Of a stretch of 64,000 bases of DNA, positions 58,978 to 64,000 are shown in pieces (position 1 is the first letter of the stretch; each line of letters opens with the position of its first letter). The stretch spans positions 992,001-1,056,000 of the forward strand of contig CAWKDB010000010.1 of NCBI GenBank assembly GCA_963848295.1, read 5' to 3'. A program made the translations under genes and the position numbers. The stretch comes from an uncultured delta proteobacterium (GTDB lineage Bacteria > Myxococcota_A > Polyangia > Haliangiales > Haliangiaceae). The notes beneath the pieces are model-generated. The model saw only the letters and a list, made by a program, of their open reading frames with translations, was not told the DNA's origin and made no database searches.

Positions 58978-59898
58978 ATGAGACTTAGTCATCTCCTGAT
59001 CCCGGTCGCAATCCTTGGCGCGTGCTCGAAGAGCCCGGATGGCGGAGCCGATGCCGGGTTCCCGCAGTTGAGTCCGCCACCGCCGGCCGGCGGTCAGCAG
59101 CTTGCCTCGGACCCGTTCACGCTGCAGCCCGGGCAAGAGATCTACATGTGTTACCAGTTCTATTCGCCGGCGAGCGGGCCGGTCGCGATCACCCAGGTCG
59201 ACGGCATCGAGATGCCGGGCATTCACCACCTCGTGGTCTATCAAGCGTTCGGGCTCGACGAAGACCCAGCGCCTCACGAGTGCGCGTCGCTCATCAAGGA
59301 GACCTGGCTGCCGATCTTCGGGACGGGCACCGAAGCGCAATCGCTGACCTTGCCATCCGGCGTCGGCTTCGTGATCCAGCCGAGCACGCAGTACATCCTC
59401 CAGCTCCACATGCTGAACGCGACCGATAGCCCGATCACCGTGCGAGGTGGCGTCAACTTCACGTACGAGACCGACGTCACCGGGCTGCAGCAAGCCGGCA
59501 TCTTCGCGCTCGGCGATATGACCCTCGACATCCCGCCGAACTCCACCGACTACCAGGACAAGGTCGACAACTGCAAACCCGGTTACGATCAGATGAACGT
59601 GTTTGCGGTGTTCCCGCACATGCACTTCCTCGGCACCGAGCTCGACGTCACGCACTCGGTCACGACCGAAGCACCGACCAACTACTTCACGGTGTCGCCG
59701 TGGGTGTTCGGCGCCCAGCCGCTCACCGAGATGACCAACACGTTCGGGCCCACCGACACGCTCAACCTGACGTGTCATTACAACAACCCGAACACGACCG
59801 ACGTCGTCTACGGGGAGAGCTCCACGAACGAGATGTGCTACTTCATCTTGTTCTACTATCCGTTCCAAGGCTTGAACGGCTGCGTCACGGGCACATGA
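58978..59898 (+). CDS. Copper type II monooxygenase (PHM/DBH-like) lipoprotein
   Basis: Lipobox LGAC; GIHHLVVY, LQLHMLN, PHMHFLG, NEMCYF. Confidence 0.88.
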   Translation: MRLSHLLIPVAILGACSKSPDGGADAGFPQLSPPPPAGGQQLASDPFTLQPGQEIYMCYQFYSPASGPVAITQVDGIEMPGIHHLVVYQAFGLDEDPAPHECASLIKETWLPIFGTGTEAQSLTLPSGVGFVIQPSTQYILQLHMLNATDSPITVRGGVNFTYETDVTGLQQAGIFALGDMTLDIPPNSTDYQDKVDNCKPGYDQMNVFAVFPHMHFLGTELDVTHSVTTEAPTNYFTVSPWVFGAQPLTEMTNTFGPTDTLNLTCHYNNPNTTDVVYGESSTNEMCYFILFYYPFQGLNGCVTGT

Positions 59899-60263
59899 GT
59901 CGGTGGGTTGTTCTGGCGCTCGCCTTGGTGGCGTCCGCATGCAGCAAGTCGCCTTCGGGACCGGATGCCCTGACTTGCTCCGGGCCGCATGCCGCCGGCA
60001 GTGCGTGCGGCGATCCGTGCGAGATCGGCAACGAGAAGGGCGTCGGCGCCTACTGCACGTCCACGGGCGGCGAATGCGGCAACAACACCGCGCCGTTCAT
60101 CTACTGCACGATCCTGTTCGATGCGACCGCCGATCCGTATTGCACGGGTCCGTGTACCAAGGACAGCGACTGCGGGACCGACGCTTATTGCAGTGGCGGT
60201 AGCACTGGCGCGATGGGCTGCGTGCCGGCCGCGTGCGGAGGCACGCCGACCGCGCGTGATTAG
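59895..60263 (+). CDS. Small Cys-rich lipoprotein
   Basis: ATGA overlap with the upstream gene; lipobox ASAC plus 12 further Cys in about 105 aa. Confidence 0.8.
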   Translation: MSRWVVLALALVASACSKSPSGPDALTCSGPHAAGSACGDPCEIGNEKGVGAYCTSTGGECGNNTAPFIYCTILFDATADPYCTGPCTKDSDCGTDAYCSGGSTGAMGCVPAACGGTPTARD

Positions 60264-60287
60264 AACGGATCTAACCTTTTGGGTGCC

Positions 60288-61220
60288 ATGACGAAATTCC
60301 TCTACCTCGCATTCATCGCCGGCTGTACGTCGAGCCCGTCGCCTTCGTTCGTCGCGGGCTTTTCTCCGCCGGACGCGGCCCCTGGATATCAACGGCTGGT
60401 CGCGCCAGCGGTCATGGATGTCCAACCCGGCGACAACCTGAACTTGTGCCAATGGCTCGGCACCCCGACCACCGCCGATGCGCAGGTGGTCGACATGATG
60501 GGCTACCAGTCGAAGGGCGGACACCACTTCACGTTGTATGCGACGACGCTGCACGAGCCCGTCGGCACCAGCCGGATCTGCACGCAGGCCGACATGCTCA
60601 GCGTGAGCTTTCTCGGCGCGATCGGCGGCGAGGGAAATGGGTCCAATGTGGTCAAGCTGCCCGACAACCTCGCCTTCGAGCTGCCGGCCGGCATGTCGCT
60701 GATGGCGAACGCTCACTACATCAACGCCACCGACAGCGTCTTCGACGCGCAATCCGTCGTGGACATCAAGTACGGCGACCCCGCGCACCCGGAGCAGGCG
60801 GTTGGCTACGTCGCGGTCAACTGGGATGGCTTCTCGATCCCGCCGAACAGTACGTACACGACCGATGCTTATTGCCAGGCGACGCAGGACCTCAGCTTCT
60901 TCATGTGGGGCGACCACATGCACGAGTACGGCACCAGCGAGACGTCGGAGTTGATCCGCGCAGACGGCACGCACGTGCCGATGGCGATGGACATGGGGTG
61001 GACGAGCGAGCAGACGTTCAACACGCCATGGGTGCAGTGGGATCCGACCACACCGTTCGCGGTCAGCTCCGGCGACACGTTCCACCTGAGCTGCTCGTGG
61101 ACGAACACGACCGACCAGGCGGTCACGTTCCCGACGGAGATGTGCGTCGGCAGCGGGTTCGTGCTGCAGGCGATGCCGCAATCGGTCTGCGGCGCCACCG
61201 CCTCGCCGACCGGTACGTAA
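60288..61220 (+). CDS. Copper type II monooxygenase (PHM/DBH-like) lipoprotein
   Basis: Lipobox IAGC; GGHHFTLY, ANAHYIN, DHMHEYG, TEMCVG. Confidence 0.88.
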   Translation: MTKFLYLAFIAGCTSSPSPSFVAGFSPPDAAPGYQRLVAPAVMDVQPGDNLNLCQWLGTPTTADAQVVDMMGYQSKGGHHFTLYATTLHEPVGTSRICTQADMLSVSFLGAIGGEGNGSNVVKLPDNLAFELPAGMSLMANAHYINATDSVFDAQSVVDIKYGDPAHPEQAVGYVAVNWDGFSIPPNSTYTTDAYCQATQDLSFFMWGDHMHEYGTSETSELIRADGTHVPMAMDMGWTSEQTFNTPWVQWDPTTPFAVSSGDTFHLSCSWTNTTDQAVTFPTEMCVGSGFVLQAMPQSVCGATASPTGT

Positions 61221-61266
61221 CCGCCCGCGCAACGCGGTGCACCGTCCCCGTGTCATGCTCGCCGTG

Positions 61267-62670
61267 ATGCGTTTGGCCCTCCTGTTTGCCCTCACCGCGT
61301 GCGCCGACCACGCGCAGCACTCGGTCGCGCTCTACGACAACGGCGATTACTCGGGCGCCGCCCACGCCGCCGACGAAGGGCTCGCCACTCACCCGGATGA
61401 CGATGGGTTATGGGGCATGCGGATCCGCGCCGCGCTCGCCGAGGGCGATGCCGCGGCCGTCCGCAAGGCCTATAGCGCGTACCGCACCGAGCGCGGCGAC
61501 GACGACAAGGAGCTGCTGCGCGACCTCGTGACCGCGACGCTCGACCAAGCGCTGGAGTCGCCGTCGGTCCCGCTCAAGATCGCCGCGATTCAGGCGGTGC
61601 AGGAGATCGAGCTCGAACCGCTCGCGCTGACCGTCGCCAAGCGGATGGAAGATGACGACGATCGCGTCGCCGCGACGGCGGCGATCGCGGTGTTGCGCGC
61701 GTTTCCACAAGCGCCGAAGGTCGCGAGCCAGATGCTCGATAGCGACAACCCGGAGGCGCGCCGGATCGCGGTCGACGGCATCGGCAAGAAGGTCGGCAAG
61801 CTCGCCGCCGGCGACCTCGAGAAAGCGGCGAACGACGTGGACCCGCGCGTCCGGCGTGCCGCGGTCTACTGGCTCGGCGAGATCAAGGACCGCGACGCCG
61901 GCGACGTGCTCGGCAAGCGCCAGACCGATCCGGACGAGGCGGTGCGCGCTGCAGCGGCGACCGCGATCGCGCAGATCGCGACCGGCGATCTCGAGGCCGC
62001 GGCGAAGACCGCGCTGGCCGACAAGGCGCGCTCGGTGCGGGCGTCGGGCGTCGCGATCCTCGTCGCGGCCCATCGCGATGCCGAGCTCGTCGCGCTCGCG
62101 GCCGATGCCGATCCGGTGGTCGCGCTCGAGGCGGCGATCGCGGTCAAGCGGACGCGGCCCGAGCTCGCGGCGCAGGCGATCGAGCGCGCGATCGGCGATG
62201 ACGATTGGGCCATCCGCGCCGGCGCCGCGAATCAGCTGATGCGCGCGGTCGGCAAGACCGCGGCGCTTCCACTCGCGAAGCGGCTGATCGCGGACAAGGA
62301 TCGCCGGGTCCGCGCTGCGGCGGCGCGCGTCCTCGCTCATGCCGGCGACGCTCCCGACGCGATCGCGGTGTTCGCCGCGATCGCTGCGACCGACCTCCAC
62401 GGCGAACCGCACACGCCGGGCGCACCGCGGGTCCGAGACGTGATCGAAGCGTGGGCCGATCTCGCGGCGCTCGACGACGCCCGCGGGATCCAGGGTCTGT
62501 CCGACCTCGTCAGCGATAGCGCGGCCCCGCAGGCGCAGCGCGTCGCGGCCGCGAACGCCCACCGTACCGCTCGCCGCGTGACGGCCGGCCTCGTCGCGGC
62601 GCTCGCCGACCAGAGCGCGACCGTGCGCGTCGCAGCGGCGACCGCGATCGGCATGCTCGCGAAGCACTAA
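61267..62670 (+). CDS. HEAT-repeat lipoprotein
   Basis: Lipobox LTAC; repeated D.DP.VR.AA units. Confidence 0.85.
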   Translation: MRLALLFALTACADHAQHSVALYDNGDYSGAAHAADEGLATHPDDDGLWGMRIRAALAEGDAAAVRKAYSAYRTERGDDDKELLRDLVTATLDQALESPSVPLKIAAIQAVQEIELEPLALTVAKRMEDDDDRVAATAAIAVLRAFPQAPKVASQMLDSDNPEARRIAVDGIGKKVGKLAAGDLEKAANDVDPRVRRAAVYWLGEIKDRDAGDVLGKRQTDPDEAVRAAAATAIAQIATGDLEAAAKTALADKARSVRASGVAILVAAHRDAELVALAADADPVVALEAAIAVKRTRPELAAQAIERAIGDDDWAIRAGAANQLMRAVGKTAALPLAKRLIADKDRRVRAAAARVLAHAGDAPDAIAVFAAIAATDLHGEPHTPGAPRVRDVIEAWADLAALDDARGIQGLSDLVSDSAAPQAQRVAAANAHRTARRVTAGLVAALADQSATVRVAAATAIGMLAKH

Positions 62671-62686
62671 GTAGTGATATCGTCGC

Positions 62687-62755
62687 GGTGGGCGGCTCCG
62701 GCTGCGCTTCGCTTCCATTCGATCCGGTAGCGCAGCCACTCTCCGCCCACCTTTT
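62687..62755 (+). ncRNA. Structured 5' leader (nested hairpin followed by a U-tract)
   Basis: ggtgggcgg (62687-62695) pairs with ccgcccacc (62743-62751); ggctgcgct (62700-62708) pairs with agcgcagcc (62729-62737); then tttt and ATG 62758. Confidence 0.55.
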
Positions 62756-62757
62756 CC

Positions 62758-64000
62758 ATGGATCGGATCCGCACGCTTCTGCTCGCGCGCACGAGCACGG
62801 TCGTCCTCGATCCGGACAGCGTGGCGAGCGCGGCGACGCGGCCGTCGCGCGACGTCGACATCGACAAGCTCGAGGAGGATCTCGTCCAGCTCGGTTACGT
62901 GTTGAGCCTCGATCTCGCGATCACGATCCGCCGGCTGCCTCATCAGGCGATCCAGGAGCTGCGCGAGTGGCTGGTCGCGACGCTGTCGACACACACCGGA
63001 ATCGCGCGCCCGGTCTCGCGGGTCCGAGCCGCGTCGCCGACGTTCGGCGTCGATCCTCCGAGCGCTTACGCGGCGCGAATCGTGGGCTGGCTGCGCGCGC
63101 GACCGAAGCAGCCGTGCCCGTGGTGCGGCGAGCACAAGACGATCGGCGCGCTCGATCCGTGCGGCCATCTCGTGTGCAAACGCTGCTGGGACAGCGTGAG
63201 CTACGGCGGATGTCCGATCTGCCATCGCCGGGTCACCGCCGCCGAGCCGTTCCTCGCGCTGCCGTCGCCATCCGGCGATCACCGCGCCGGCCACAGCCAG
63301 CTGACGTTGCTCCACCTCGCGATCGATGTCGCGGCCGTCGCGCAGGCGAGGTTCGGCAAGCTGCTCTCCCGCCACGCACCGGGGTCACCCGACGAGCGCA
63401 CCGAGATCGAGGCCATGATCGACACGATGGGCGACAAGGCGATCGCGTGGCTGCCCCCGCGCATCCCGAATGCCGCGCGGCGCGCTCACGCCCTCGCGCG
63501 GATCTGGTTGGTCAGCGCCGATCGATCGGCGGCCGCGGTCGCGACGGCCTCGCACGTACGCAGCGCGACCGACGTCCTTCGCGTGGCGGTCGCCCTCATG
63601 CAAGGTGATCCGGCGCTGGCGTCGCCGAACCGGCTGCGTTCGATCGGCCGAGGACTGCGCCGCGCGGTGCTCGAAGCGCTCGACCGCCTGCCACTGGAGC
63701 AGGTCGTCGATCACATGCGGCGCGATCGCGGGTCGTGGAAGCGCGTCGGCGAGCGCCTGCACCCGTTCGAGTTCGCCGAACGGTTGCCGAGCGCCGCGCT
63801 CGCGTTTGCGGTCGTGCGCGCGACCGACTTGTCGATCGCGAGCTTCGGTCCAGCGCTGATCGAACGTGCGCAGACGGTGCCGACCATGCGCGTCGTCGCC
63901 GGTCGGGTGCTGTCCGCGGCGTGGGCTGGACAGGCCGAGGGCGACCTCGCCCGCGGAGATGTGATCGCGGCGGTCGAGCACCTCCGCGAGCGCCCCACCC
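62758..64000 (+). CDS. Prokaryotic RING-finger protein, MXAN_6230/SCO0854-like (runs off the window)
   Basis: Hand translation: CPWC-x11-CGHLVCKRC-x8-CPIC (C3HC4) at 63115-63222; also SATDVLR and WKRVGERLHPFE. Missing from the ORF track. Confidence 0.88.
   Translation, partial: MDRIRTLLLARTSTVVLDPDSVASAATRPSRDVDIDKLEEDLVQLGYVLSLDLAITIRRLPHQAIQELREWLVATLSTHTGIARPVSRVRAASPTFGVDPPSAYAARIVGWLRARPKQPCPWCGEHKTIGALDPCGHLVCKRCWDSVSYGGCPICHRRVTAAEPFLALPSPSGDHRAGHSQLTLLHLAIDVAAVAQARFGKLLSRHAPGSPDERTEIEAMIDTMGDKAIAWLPPRIPNAARRAHALARIWLVSADRSAAAVATASHVRSATDVLRVAVALMQGDPALASPNRLRSIGRGLRRAVLEALDRLPLEQVVDHMRRDRGSWKRVGERLHPFEFAERLPSAALAFAVVRATDLSIASFGPALIERAQTVPTMRVVAGRVLSAAWAGQAEGDLARGDVIAAVEHLRERPT

Noticed and set aside
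63211..63225. CPICH as a heme c site
   Set aside because: It is the last Zn-ligand pair of the RING in a protein with no signal peptide.

Overview
GC-rich bacterial DNA with a Myxococcota-like gene set (probably Haliangiales/Kofleriaceae; this is an inference from four Ser/Thr kinases, two FHA-sigma54 activators and many small lipoproteins). About 54 CDS are supported. No rRNA, complete tRNA, CRISPR array or transposase was seen. Housekeeping genes include glgB (partial), meaA/ecm, qor, murJ, rsgA, an ABC-F ATPase, and an enoyl-CoA hydratase plus HMG-CoA lyase. The strongest candidate for an undescribed system is a minus-strand operon at 33.6-36.9 kb. It starts with a predicted outer-membrane beta-barrel that itself carries a CxxCH heme motif (CYACH), followed by a repeat lipoprotein and two monoheme cytochrome c lipoproteins, with a di-heme CCP/MauG-family gene just downstream. 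Other candidates are (i) two PHM/DBH-type copper monooxygenase lipoproteins flanking a 12-Cys mini-lipoprotein, (ii) a prokaryotic RING-finger gene with a long structured 5' leader, and (iii) an orphan Afp15/Pvc15-like AAA+ ATPase inside a kinase/sigma54 signalling locus. Several genes between 27 and 37 kb are broken by apparent single-base indels, mostly in homopolymers, which probably reflects assembly error. All family assignments come from motifs read by eye; no database search was run.
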